From: Vulcanimicrobiota bacterium
GTDB taxonomy: Bacteria > Vulcanimicrobiota > Vulcanimicrobiia > Vulcanimicrobiales > Vulcanimicrobiaceae
Length of the DNA: 64,000 nt
Reading direction: 5' to 3'
Assembly (NCBI GenBank): GCA_963820825.1
Contig: CAWGBN010000006.1
Coordinates: forward strand, 384,001 to 448,000
Below the pieces are notes generated by a model. That model saw only the letters and a program-made list of their open reading frames with translations. It ran no database searches and was not told the DNA's origin. The position numbers were made by a program, and so were the translations under genes. Shown one piece after another: positions 8,387 through 16,889 of the stretch (within the stretch, counting starts at the first letter, position 1; each line of letters begins with the position of its first letter).

Positions 8387-9322
8387 GTGCGCATTATCAT
8401 TACCGGAGGTGCCGGGTTCATCGGATCGCACGTGGCCGACGCATACGCCGCCGCAGGCCACGAGCTGCTCGTAATCGACTCCTTATGGGAGCATGGCGGC
8501 GGGCGGCGCGCGAACGTGCGCAACGGCGTCTCGCTGGTTCATATGGATATCCGCGACGAGGCGATCGGCCGAATCTTCGCCGACTTCAAACCCGAGATTG
8601 TCAGCCATCACGCCGCGCAGCACTCGGTCGCAATCTCCTCGCGCGATCCGATCTACGACGCGCAAGTCAACGTCGTCGGATTGCTCAACGTGCTCGAGCA
8701 CGCGAGCCGCAACGGCGCGCGAAAGATCGTCTTCGCGTCGAGCGGTGCGACGTACGGCACGCCGGAGCGATTTCCGATTACCGAGGCGACGTCGCAGCGC
8801 CCGACCTCGCCATACGGCATCACCAAGATGGTCGCCGAGCACTACCTGCGCTTCTACCGCGAGAATCGGGAGCTCGACTTCACCGCGCTGCGCTACGGTA
8901 ACGTCTATGGGCCGCGCCAGGATCCCAACGGCGAGGCCGGCGTCATCTCGATTTTCATCGGAAAGTTTCTCTCGCGCGAGCCCGTTCGCATCGATTGGGA
9001 CGGCGAGCAAACGCGCGATTACGTCTTCGTCTCGGACGTTGCGAACGCCAACCTCGCCGCGCTCGAACGGGGTTCGGGTGGGGCCTACGTGATCGGCACC
9101 GGCCGCAAGACCAGCGTGAACGAGATCTATCGCGCGCTGGTCGGCATCGCCGGATACGAGGTGCCGGTCGTCCGCGCGCCACAACGCCCCGGCGATGCCC
9201 GCGAGGCGCAATTCGATTCGTCGCTGGCAAAGGCCGAGTTGGGCTGGTCGCCGGCGACGTCGCTGACCGACGGGATCGCCGCAACCTACGAATACTTCGA
9301 GCGGCTTCCGCCCGGGTTCTAA
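8387..9322 (+). CDS. NAD-dependent epimerase/dehydratase (UDP-glucose 4-epimerase-like)
   Basis: GTG start; ITGGAGFIGSH Rossmann motif, YGITK (YxxxK), LRYGNVYGPRQ, GEQTRDYVFV. Confidence 0.9.
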   Translation: MRIIITGGAGFIGSHVADAYAAAGHELLVIDSLWEHGGGRRANVRNGVSLVHMDIRDEAIGRIFADFKPEIVSHHAAQHSVAISSRDPIYDAQVNVVGLLNVLEHASRNGARKIVFASSGATYGTPERFPITEATSQRPTSPYGITKMVAEHYLRFYRENRELDFTALRYGNVYGPRQDPNGEAGVISIFIGKFLSREPVRIDWDGEQTRDYVFVSDVANANLAALERGSGGAYVIGTGRKTSVNEIYRALVGIAGYEVPVVRAPQRPGDAREAQFDSSLAKAELGWSPATSLTDGIAATYEYFERLPPGF

Positions 9323-9331
9323 TCATCCCCG

Positions 9332-11017
9332 ATGGAGCGCTTTGCGGCGACCGCCCAAGCGATCGCGTCGCACTCCGCCAAGCTCGAAAAGATTGCGCGT
9401 GCTCGCCGAGTATCTCCACGGGCTCGACGACGCAGATCTCCTTGCGGCTACGCGCTTCTTCACCGGCACGCCCTTTGCGGCGCGCGATCACCGCACGCTC
9501 TGCGTCGGTGGCAGGACGATCGTCGAGGTCGCGCGCCGCGTCTGGGGATTCGACGACGAGCGGCTCGGCGCGAGCTATCGCGCGACCGGCGACCTCGGCG
9601 CCGCGCTCGGGCACGCTCGCGCGTCTGCCGCGCGACGCGATGCTCTTCGCCGATCGTCTAACGCCGGCGTCGCTGACGCGCTCTTCGGCGAGATCGCCGC
9701 GGCCTCGGGCAAACGCGCGAGCAAACGTCGCGAAGCGGTGCTGCGAACGGATCTTGCGCGCGTGCGACGATCCGCTCGTCGCGACGTACGTGGTGAAGAT
9801 CGTCACCGGCGATCTGCGGGTCGGATTGCGCGAAGGCCTCGTGCTCGATGCGATCGCCAAGGCGTTCGATGCCGGTGCCGGCGCCGTGCGCCGCGGCGTC
9901 GATGGTCGGCCGGCGACGTCGGAGCGGTCGCACTCGCCGCCGCACGGCTCGCTCGACGAGCTTCGCGTCGCCTACGACACGCCGATCGGATTCATGCTCG
10001 CGACGCCGATCGCATACGGCGATGCGTACAAGGAGCTTGCCGGTGCGCGTGGCACTTCGAGGACAAGTACGACGGCATTCGCGCGCAGGCGCACGTGCGC
10101 CGGCGGTACGGTGCGGCTCTTTTCGCGCCGGCTCAACGACGTGACGGACTCGTATCCGGAGATCGTCGCGACGCGCTCGCCGCCGCGCGGGGCGACGCGA
10201 TCTTCGACGGCGAGATCGTCGCCATGCGCGACGGCCGGGCCTTGCCGTTTCGTTCCTTCAAGCGCGGCTCCAACGGAAGGATGCTCGACGAATCGCTGCT
10301 GCAGCGACGTCCCGATCGCATACGTCGTCTTCGACGTGCTCGCCGCCGGCGACGAGCTCTTGCTCGACGAGCCGCTGGCCGTGCGTCGCGAGCGTCTCGC
10401 CGATCTCGTCGTGCCGAGCGCGCACCTCGTGCTCGCGCCGTTTGAAACGCAAGATCGAAAGCGCCGCCGCCGACGTGAACGCGCGCTTCGAGTCGGCGCG
10501 TGCGCGCGGCAACGAAGGCCTCGTGCTCAAGCGCGCCGACGCGCCGTACGCACCGGGGCGGCGCGGCAAGTGGTGGCTCAAGCTCAAACGCGAGCTCTCG
10601 ACGCTCGACGTGGTCGTCGTCGCCGTCGAATGGGGGCACGGCAAGCGTGCCAACGTGCTCTCCGACTATACGTTCGCGGTGCGCGGTGACGACGACCGTT
10701 TGGAGACGATCGGAAAAGCCTACTCGGGCTTAACCGATGCGGAGATCGCGCAGCTGACGCAATGGTTCTTAGCGCACCGATTGCCGGTGAGCGAGCAACG
10801 CGAAAAGGCGCGTGCGTGGGAGCTGCCCGTCGAGCCGAGGATGGTGCTCGAGGTCGCATTCGACGTTATCCAAGAGAGCGATCTGCACGAGAGCGGCTTC
10901 TCACTGCGCTTTCCGCGGATCGTGCGCGTTCGCGACGATAAGCCGCCCGAAGAGATCGATACGACCGATCGCGTCCGGGAGATTTATCGCGAGATGCTCG
11001 AACGCGAAAAGGGATGA
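9332..11017 (+). pseudogene. ATP-dependent DNA ligase, broken by many frameshifts (pseudogene or local sequence errors)
   Basis: Ligase motifs alternate between frames: TGDLG, GDLRVGLREGLV, FMLATP, EDKYDGIRAQAH (KxDG, ~10059), LFSRRL, FDGEIV, YVVFDVL, EGLVLK, YAPGRRGKWWLKLK, TIGKAYSGLTD, SLRFPRIVRVRDDK. Frame switches cluster in ~9395-10450. Confidence 0.88.
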
Positions 11018-11041
11018 GCGGCTACGGCGACCCGTGTACGT

Positions 11042-11455
11042 TTAGCTCGGTTTGATAACGCTGCAGACGAGGACTCGTGCTGCCGTGCTGCGGACGATCA
11101 AGACGTAGGTGCCGCCGGTCAGCGGGGCGATCGGAACGGAGACGTGCGCGCGCGCACCCTTCTTTCCGTCGAAGCTCGCGATCGCGTTCGGATCGCGCGG
11201 TCGAAAGCACGTCCCGTGCGCCAAGAAGAGATCGTAGATCCCCTGGGAAAACGGCCGCTCAATCGAAAGGATGATCTCACTGCCTCCGGTCGGTCGACAG
11301 CGGCCATCGCAGTGGGTCGATTCGAAGACGTCGGCGCGTGCGACGACCGTCGTGCCGGCTTTAAGGACAACCTCGGTCCGCTGCGCCCAGGGTCCCGCGC
11401 ATCCGGAGACCAGCGCGACGACGACGAGCGCAATACGGATTCGCGCTACTTCCAA
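11042..11455 (-). CDS. Hypothetical lipoprotein
   Basis: Signal peptide with lipobox (ALVVVALVSGC); overlaps the end of the upstream Gly-rich gene. Confidence 0.6.
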   Translation of the reverse strand: MEVARIRIALVVVALVSGCAGPWAQRTEVVLKAGTTVVARADVFESTHCDGRCRPTGGSEIILSIERPFSQGIYDLFLAHGTCFRPRDPNAIASFDGKKGARAHVSVPIAPLTGGTYVLIVRSTAARVLVCSVIKPS

Positions 11456-12411
11456 CTAATGACGATCAGACCGTCGCCGGTAGCGTTCTTCCACCCGCTC
11501 CAAGTACGCGACTTGGTCGCGCTCGGCTCGACGTACGAGGATCCGCCGCCGCCGCCGGCGGCACTGAGCCCCTGCGAGGGCCAGCCGCCGGAACCGCCGC
11601 CGCCGCCCCCGCCGAAGAATCCGCCGCCACCGCCGCCGCCGCCGCCGTTGCAGCCGCTATAACCGGCGGCCTCGCCTCCGACGCCGCCGTGATGCAGGGC
11701 CCCACGCTTTCCTGGATCGCCGTTGTCGCTTGGGTAAATGCCGGCGCCGCCTTTACCGCCCGCACCTCCAGCGGTCTGCGTGCCGCCGGAACCGCCGCCG
11801 CCCGAAGCGCTGCCGCCGGTGCCGCCGGCGTCTCCGCCGCCTTTGCCTCCGGCACCGGGCGAGAAACCGCTGCCGCTATCGGAGCCGATGCCTCCCGACC
11901 CCCCGCCGCCGGCCGCGACGAGGATGCGATCGTTGAGCCGGTCTCCGCCGACCCGCAGATCGGACGATCCGCCGCCGCCGCGTCCGTCGCTTCTGCGGCA
12001 ATACCCCGAGTCTGGAGCTACTCCGCCGCCGCCGTTCGCACCGCCGTTGAAGCCGCCCATCGAACCCGAGCCGGCGCCTCCGACGAAGACCAAGACTTTT
12101 TCGCCCGCAGCTACCGGCAGAATCGCGTAGACGCGGCCGCCGTTGCCGCCGTCGGCACCGCGGACGTAGAGCCGTTTCGAACTCGCCCCCGCGCCGCCGC
12201 GCGCCACGACCGTGATGCTCGTCACGCCGGCCGGCACTTTGAACGTCTGCTCTTTGCCGGTGTAAGAGAACGTGTGGGCTCCGGAGGTCGAGCTAGGCGC
12301 GCCGACTGTCGGTATGTCGCCCTGAGCCTGTCGAAGGGCGCCGCATCCCGCGAGCATCGCGACGGCGGTGAAAAAACCGAGGTGATAGCGTCCAAGAGTT
12401 GCAACGTTCAT
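11446..12411 (-). CDS. Glycine-rich domain lipoprotein (ALK/LTK-type Gly-rich domain)
   Basis: Lipobox MLAGC; FSYTGKEQTFKVPAGVTSITVVARGGAG, GGFNGG, GGGGSSDLR, RILVAAGGGG, GGGGSSY, GDGLIVISW. Confidence 0.8.
   Translation of the reverse strand: MNVATLGRYHLGFFTAVAMLAGCGALRQAQGDIPTVGAPSSTSGAHTFSYTGKEQTFKVPAGVTSITVVARGGAGASSKRLYVRGADGGNGGRVYAILPVAAGEKVLVFVGGAGSGSMGGFNGGANGGGGVAPDSGYCRRSDGRGGGGSSDLRVGGDRLNDRILVAAGGGGSGGIGSDSGSGFSPGAGGKGGGDAGGTGGSASGGGGSGGTQTAGGAGGKGGAGIYPSDNGDPGKRGALHHGGVGGEAAGYSGCNGGGGGGGGGFFGGGGGGGSGGWPSQGLSAAGGGGGSSYVEPSATKSRTWSGWKNATGDGLIVISWK
12315..12340. repeat. REP-like palindromic repeat copy inside the lipoprotein CDS
   Basis: TGTCGCCCTGAGCCTGTCGAAGGGCG, arms CGCCCT/AGGGCG. 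It reads ALRQAQGD in the protein and matches the leuS copies. Confidence 0.7.
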
Positions 12412-12444
12412 TTTTGCTCCAATCTCGTTGCGAACGCGATTGCT

Positions 12445-13680
12445 CTACTTAGTATACACGTCCGGGGTGTGGACGTGCTCGGGGCGGACGCCCATGCCGA
12501 TGAGTCGCGCGGGAAGTCGGCGCAGCCTTGGAAACTCGTCAAGCAGGCGCAGCAGTAGCGGCGGAGCGTTAACTTGGGCGCCGTGCAGCACCGGATCGAT
12601 CGCTTTGTCCTGGATAAAGACCTGGAACGCCTGCGTGACCTTCGTCGGAAACATCCGGCGATCTTGAACGCGCTGCAAGTCCGACTCCTTGGGGATCTTA
12701 CCATCGCGTAGCGGTTGCGCTAAAATGTTTGCAGTCGCGACCGCATCTTGAATCGCCAGATTGATGCCGATGCCGCCGATCGGCGACATCGCGTGGGCGG
12801 AGTCGCCGATGCAGAGCAGACCTGGCCGATGCCAGCGTTCGAGCCGGTCGACGCGCACTTCGAGCATCGAGATCTTCGACCAATCGTCGAGCAGTGCGAC
12901 GCGGTCGGCGAGCACCGGCACCATTTCGACGAGTGCGCGTTGCAGTACGCCGATTCCGGCGGCCTTCAGATCCTCGAAGCCGCCCTTGCGGATAATGTAG
13001 GCGCATTGCCAGTAATCGCCGCGATCGAGCATGACGAGTAAGTGACCGGTGGCGACGGTCCCCAACTGCCGAACGGGATCGTCGGCATGTTTGGGGAGGC
13101 GCATCCAGAGCACGTCCATCGGTGCACCGAGGTCGTCGATGGCCAACCCCGCCAAGTCTCGAATCGTCGAATGACGGCCGTCGGCGCCGACAACGAGCTT
13201 CGCAGCGATTGCGATTTCGCCGTTCGGTGTCTTTGCGCGCACGCCGGTGACGCGCCCATCGCTTTCGATCAAGCCGTCGCCGTCCGTTTCCATCATGAGA
13301 TGAAAGGACGGATAACGACGGCCGCGTTCGACAAGGAAGTTCAAGAAGTCCCACTGCGGCATGAGCGCGACGAACTTGCAATGCGTCGGGAGATGGCTCA
13401 GATCGGCGACCTGCACCGTCTCGCCGGCGATGTTCGCGCTGACGGTGCGAATCTCGTTATGCGCAAGGGCGAGGAAATCGTCGAGCCAACCCAGCTCGTA
13501 GAGCAATTGCAGCGTCGAGGGATGGACCGTATCGCCGCGGAAGTCGCGGAAGAAATCTCGATGCTTCTCCAGCACGGTGACGTCGACACCGGCGCGCGCG
13601 AGCAGGACGCCGAGCATCACGCCGCAGGGTCCGCCGCCGACGATGCAGACGCCGGTGGTAACGTTTGGTGCGGCGTTCAT
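12445..13680 (-). CDS. FAD-dependent oxidoreductase (UbiH/aromatic hydroxylase-like)
   Basis: IVGGGPCG, DFRGDTVHP, VGADGRHS, IGDSAHAMSPIGGIGINLAIQDA. Confidence 0.88.
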   Translation of the reverse strand: MNAAPNVTTGVCIVGGGPCGVMLGVLLARAGVDVTVLEKHRDFFRDFRGDTVHPSTLQLLYELGWLDDFLALAHNEIRTVSANIAGETVQVADLSHLPTHCKFVALMPQWDFLNFLVERGRRYPSFHLMMETDGDGLIESDGRVTGVRAKTPNGEIAIAAKLVVGADGRHSTIRDLAGLAIDDLGAPMDVLWMRLPKHADDPVRQLGTVATGHLLVMLDRGDYWQCAYIIRKGGFEDLKAAGIGVLQRALVEMVPVLADRVALLDDWSKISMLEVRVDRLERWHRPGLLCIGDSAHAMSPIGGIGINLAIQDAVATANILAQPLRDGKIPKESDLQRVQDRRMFPTKVTQAFQVFIQDKAIDPVLHGAQVNAPPLLLRLLDEFPRLRRLPARLIGMGVRPEHVHTPDVYTK

Positions 13681-16187
13681 GCCGCCACCACGTTGAGCAG
13701 CTTATCGGCCACGAAGATTCGCTTCCGAATCTCCTTGCCGTCGAGATGCGCGCGCACGTTCGGGTCGGCCATCGCCAGTTCCATCGCCGCTTCCTCGCCG
13801 ATTCCGGCCGGAGCCGCGATCCGCGCTCGCACCTTGCCGTTGACTTGCACCACTAAGGTAATCTCCTCGACCGCAAGCGCACGTTCGTCCGGCTCCGGAT
13901 ATCGTTCGAGATGAACCGACGTCGCGTGGCCGTATCTTTCCCAAAGTTCCTCTGCGATATGCGGAGCGAACGGAGCGATGAGGACCGGCAGCACGCTTGC
14001 GGCATAGATGAGTGCCGGCGACGGGGGCGCTGCGGCCGCCGCAGTCATCAGATTCACCAACTCGTCGAGCTTTGCGATCGTGGTGTTGTAGTGGAAGCGG
14101 CGTGAGAGCGTTTCGTCCGTTGCCGATTTGGCAACCACATGCACGGCGCGCAGCAGCGCTTTCTCTTCCGCGGTGCCGGCGTCGGGCAGCGTCCTTTCGC
14201 CCTTCGACTCCGCGCCCTTCGACGAGCTCAGGGCGCTTCGCTCAGGACGACACAAAGCTAACGGTTCGCAGGCGCGCCAGATGCGGTTGAGCAGTCGCAC
14301 GCGTCCGCTGATCCCGTCGTCGGTCCAGTTACTCGTCTCTTCGGGCGGCGTTACGTAGAGCAGGAAGAGGCGCATCGCGTCGACGCCGTTGCGCTCGGCC
14401 GTCTCGTCGATGCCGACGACGTTGCCGCGCGATTTCGACATCTTCTCGCCGTCGCGCAGCAGCAGACCCTGATGGAAGAGCCGTTGGAACGGCTCGTCGG
14501 GTCCGCTCACCCAGCCCTGGTCGTGAAAGAACTTGTAGAAGAAGCGCGAGTAGAGCAGATGGAGCACGGCGTGCTCGGCGCCGCCGATATACTGATCGAC
14601 ATTCATCCAATGCGCCGCGCGCTGCGGATCCCACGGGGCCGCGTCGTTGTGCGGATCGAGATAGCGCAAGAAGTACCACGAAGATTCGAAGAAGGTGTCC
14701 ATCGTATCGGTCTCGCGTCGCGCGGGGCCGCCGCATTTGGGACAAGTGGTCTCGACGAACTCCGCAATCGCGGCGAGCGAGGAGCTCTGACCCGCGACGT
14801 GCTCGCGCGGCGGGAGCATAATCGGCAGCTCTTGCTCGGGCACGGCGACTTCGCCGCAGGCGGAGCAGTGCACGATCGGAATCGGCGTGCCCCAATAACG
14901 CTGACGCGAGATCAGCCAATCGCGCAGCTTGTAGTTCACGCTCTTCGCGCCGATTCCGAGCGCGACGAGACGATCGGCGATCGCATCGCGCGCCCGCGCG
15001 CTCGACATTTCGCTGTACTCTTCGCTCGCAATCAATCGGCCGTCCTCGACGTATGGCGATCCGAGCGGCACGACGACGGCTTCGTTCGGCGGGACGATGA
15101 CCTGCGCGACCGCAAGCCCGTGGCGCTTCGCGAAATCGAAATCGCGCTCGTCGTGTGCCGGAACCCCCATGACCGCACCGCCGCCGTACTCGGCGAGCAC
15201 GTAGTTCGTCAGCCAGATCGGGACGCGCTCGCGCGTCAGCGGATGGATCGCGTGCGCGCCGGTAAAGATTCCCGTCTTCTCCATCAAGCTCGTTCGCTCG
15301 AGCTCCGATTTCGACTTCAAACTCGCCGCGAACGCGTCGATCGCTGCGGAATGCTCGGCCGAAACGGTGCCCTTGATGGCGTCGACGATTCGGTGCTCGG
15401 GCGCAACGGCGAGAAAGGTGACGCCGTAGAGCGTATCGAGGCGCGTCGTAAAGACCTCGATCGACGCCTCGAGTCCTTCGACCGCGAAAGCGACGGTTGC
15501 GCCATCGCTGCGCCCGATCCAATTGCGCTGCATCGTTCGCGTGCGCTCCGGCCAGCCGCCGAGCTTTTCGAGGTCGGCCAACAAGCGATCGGCGTAATCG
15601 GTGATGCGTAAGAACCACTGCGAGAGGTTGCGCCGCTCCACGAAGTGCGCGCAGCGCCAGCAGCGCCCGTCGACGACTTGCTCGTTTGCAAGCACGGTTC
15701 GATCGTGCGGGCACCAGTTGACCGGCGCCTCGCGTTTGTACGCGAGTCCGTGACGGAAGAGCGTAAGAAAGAGCCATTGATTCCAGCGGTAGTACTCCGG
15801 CTCGCACGTAGCGATCTCGCGCGACCAGTCGTAACTGGTGCCCATCAGACGAATCTGCCGGCGCATGTTGAGGATGTTCTCGGCGGTCCACGCGGCCGGA
15901 TCGATACCCCGATCGATTGCCGCGTTCTCAGCCGGCAGGCCGAACGCGTCCCAGCCCATCGGATGGAGGACGTTGTAGCCGAGCATTCGCATCATCCGCG
16001 CGACCGCGTCGCCGAGGGTGTAGTTCTTCGCATGGCCGACGTGCAGATCGCCCGACGGATACGGAAGCATCTCCATGGCATAGTACTTGGGCTCGTCGCT
16101 CTCGTCGGGCGCGCGATAGAGGCGCTCGCTCTCCCAGCGGCGTTGCCATTTCTGCTCGATCGGCGCGAACTCGTACATGACGAGCAT
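13677..16187 (-). CDS. leuS: Leucine--tRNA ligase
   Basis: MLPYPSGDLHVGH (HIGH), GWDAFGLPAENAA, FTTR, DWLISRQRYWGTPIP, DTMDTF, YIGGAEHA, KMSKS, VVQVNGKVR. Start is ATG 16187 or 16178. Confidence 0.97.
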   Translation of the reverse strand: MLVMYEFAPIEQKWQRRWESERLYRAPDESDEPKYYAMEMLPYPSGDLHVGHAKNYTLGDAVARMMRMLGYNVLHPMGWDAFGLPAENAAIDRGIDPAAWTAENILNMRRQIRLMGTSYDWSREIATCEPEYYRWNQWLFLTLFRHGLAYKREAPVNWCPHDRTVLANEQVVDGRCWRCAHFVERRNLSQWFLRITDYADRLLADLEKLGGWPERTRTMQRNWIGRSDGATVAFAVEGLEASIEVFTTRLDTLYGVTFLAVAPEHRIVDAIKGTVSAEHSAAIDAFAASLKSKSELERTSLMEKTGIFTGAHAIHPLTRERVPIWLTNYVLAEYGGGAVMGVPAHDERDFDFAKRHGLAVAQVIVPPNEAVVVPLGSPYVEDGRLIASEEYSEMSSARARDAIADRLVALGIGAKSVNYKLRDWLISRQRYWGTPIPIVHCSACGEVAVPEQELPIMLPPREHVAGQSSSLAAIAEFVETTCPKCGGPARRETDTMDTFFESSWYFLRYLDPHNDAAPWDPQRAAHWMNVDQYIGGAEHAVLHLLYSRFFYKFFHDQGWVSGPDEPFQRLFHQGLLLRDGEKMSKSRGNVVGIDETAERNGVDAMRLFLLYVTPPEETSNWTDDGISGRVRLLNRIWRACEPLALCRPERSALSSSKGAESKGERTLPDAGTAEEKALLRAVHVVAKSATDETLSRRFHYNTTIAKLDELVNLMTAAAAAPPSPALIYAASVLPVLIAPFAPHIAEELWERYGHATSVHLERYPEPDERALAVEEITLVVQVNGKVRARIAAPAGIGEEAAMELAMADPNVRAHLDGKEIRKRIFVADKLLNVVAA
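14198..14252. repeat. Nested REP-like palindromic repeat inserted in frame in leuS
   Basis: Minus strand: TGTCGTCCTGAGCGAAG-[CGCCCTGAGCTCGTCGAAGGGCG]-CGGAGTCGAAGGGCG, encoding CRPERSALSSSKGAESKG. Confidence 0.78.
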
Positions 16188-16252
16188 CGTACACGCTCGG
16201 CGCATCTCGCCGCTACCCTTTCGGCCGGCACCCCCGCGCGTGATAGAACCGC

Positions 16253-16879
16253 ATGCTCCAGAGATATGTGCTCGTTGCGGCCGCCGCGGGGCTCGCCGCC
16301 TTTCTCCTCTGGCATCCCGCGCGCCGGCCGATCGTCGAGCAGGCCGCCGCGAGCGCATCCCCGCTGCCCGCTCTCTCCGATCTCTCCGCGCCGGGCTCGC
16401 ACCGCCGGCACGGGTGGCGCGATGCGGGCGGCGACGACGTGGTCGTCTACGTCGCCGGGGCGGTGAAGCGGCCCGGGCTCTACCACCTCCGTTCGGGCGA
16501 CCGCAACGATCGGGCGGTCGCGCTCGCCGGCGGCTTCGGCACCGCGGCCGACGCGACCGCGGTCAATCTCGCGCAGCGCGCAAACGACGGCGATGAGGTC
16601 TACGTCCCCGCAATCGGCGAAGCGCCGCGATCGCATTCGAGCGCCCGGCGTACGCGCCGCCACTCGGCACGTCCGCCGCCGGCCGAGGCCGTTGACGTCA
16701 ATCGTTCCGATGCGCAGATGCTTGCAGCGGTCCCCGGAATCGGTCGCGCCATCGCGCAGCGAATCGTCGAGTTGCGCGAACGGGAAGGGAGCTTTGCGTC
16801 GCTCGACGAGCTGCTCGACGTCGCCGGAATGACGCAGACGCGGCTCGAACGCGCTCGCCCCTACCTCCGCCAACCGTAA
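16253..16879 (+). CDS. comEA: Competence protein ComEA (SLBB + helix-hairpin-helix)
   Basis: N-terminal TM; VVVYVAGAVKRPGLY, AVNLAQRANDGDEVYVP, VDVNR...LAAVPGIGRAIAQRIVELRE..GSFASLDELLDVAG. Confidence 0.92.
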   Translation: MLQRYVLVAAAAGLAAFLLWHPARRPIVEQAAASASPLPALSDLSAPGSHRRHGWRDAGGDDVVVYVAGAVKRPGLYHLRSGDRNDRAVALAGGFGTAADATAVNLAQRANDGDEVYVPAIGEAPRSHSSARRTRRHSARPPPAEAVDVNRSDAQMLAAVPGIGRAIAQRIVELREREGSFASLDELLDVAGMTQTRLERARPYLRQP

Positions 16880-16889
16880 GCGACGACAG

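Noticed and set aside
11560..12060. CCG/GCC tandem runs resembling a microsatellite or repeat array
   Set aside because: These are poly-Gly codons of the Gly-rich lipoprotein. No spacer/repeat periodicity, so not CRISPR.
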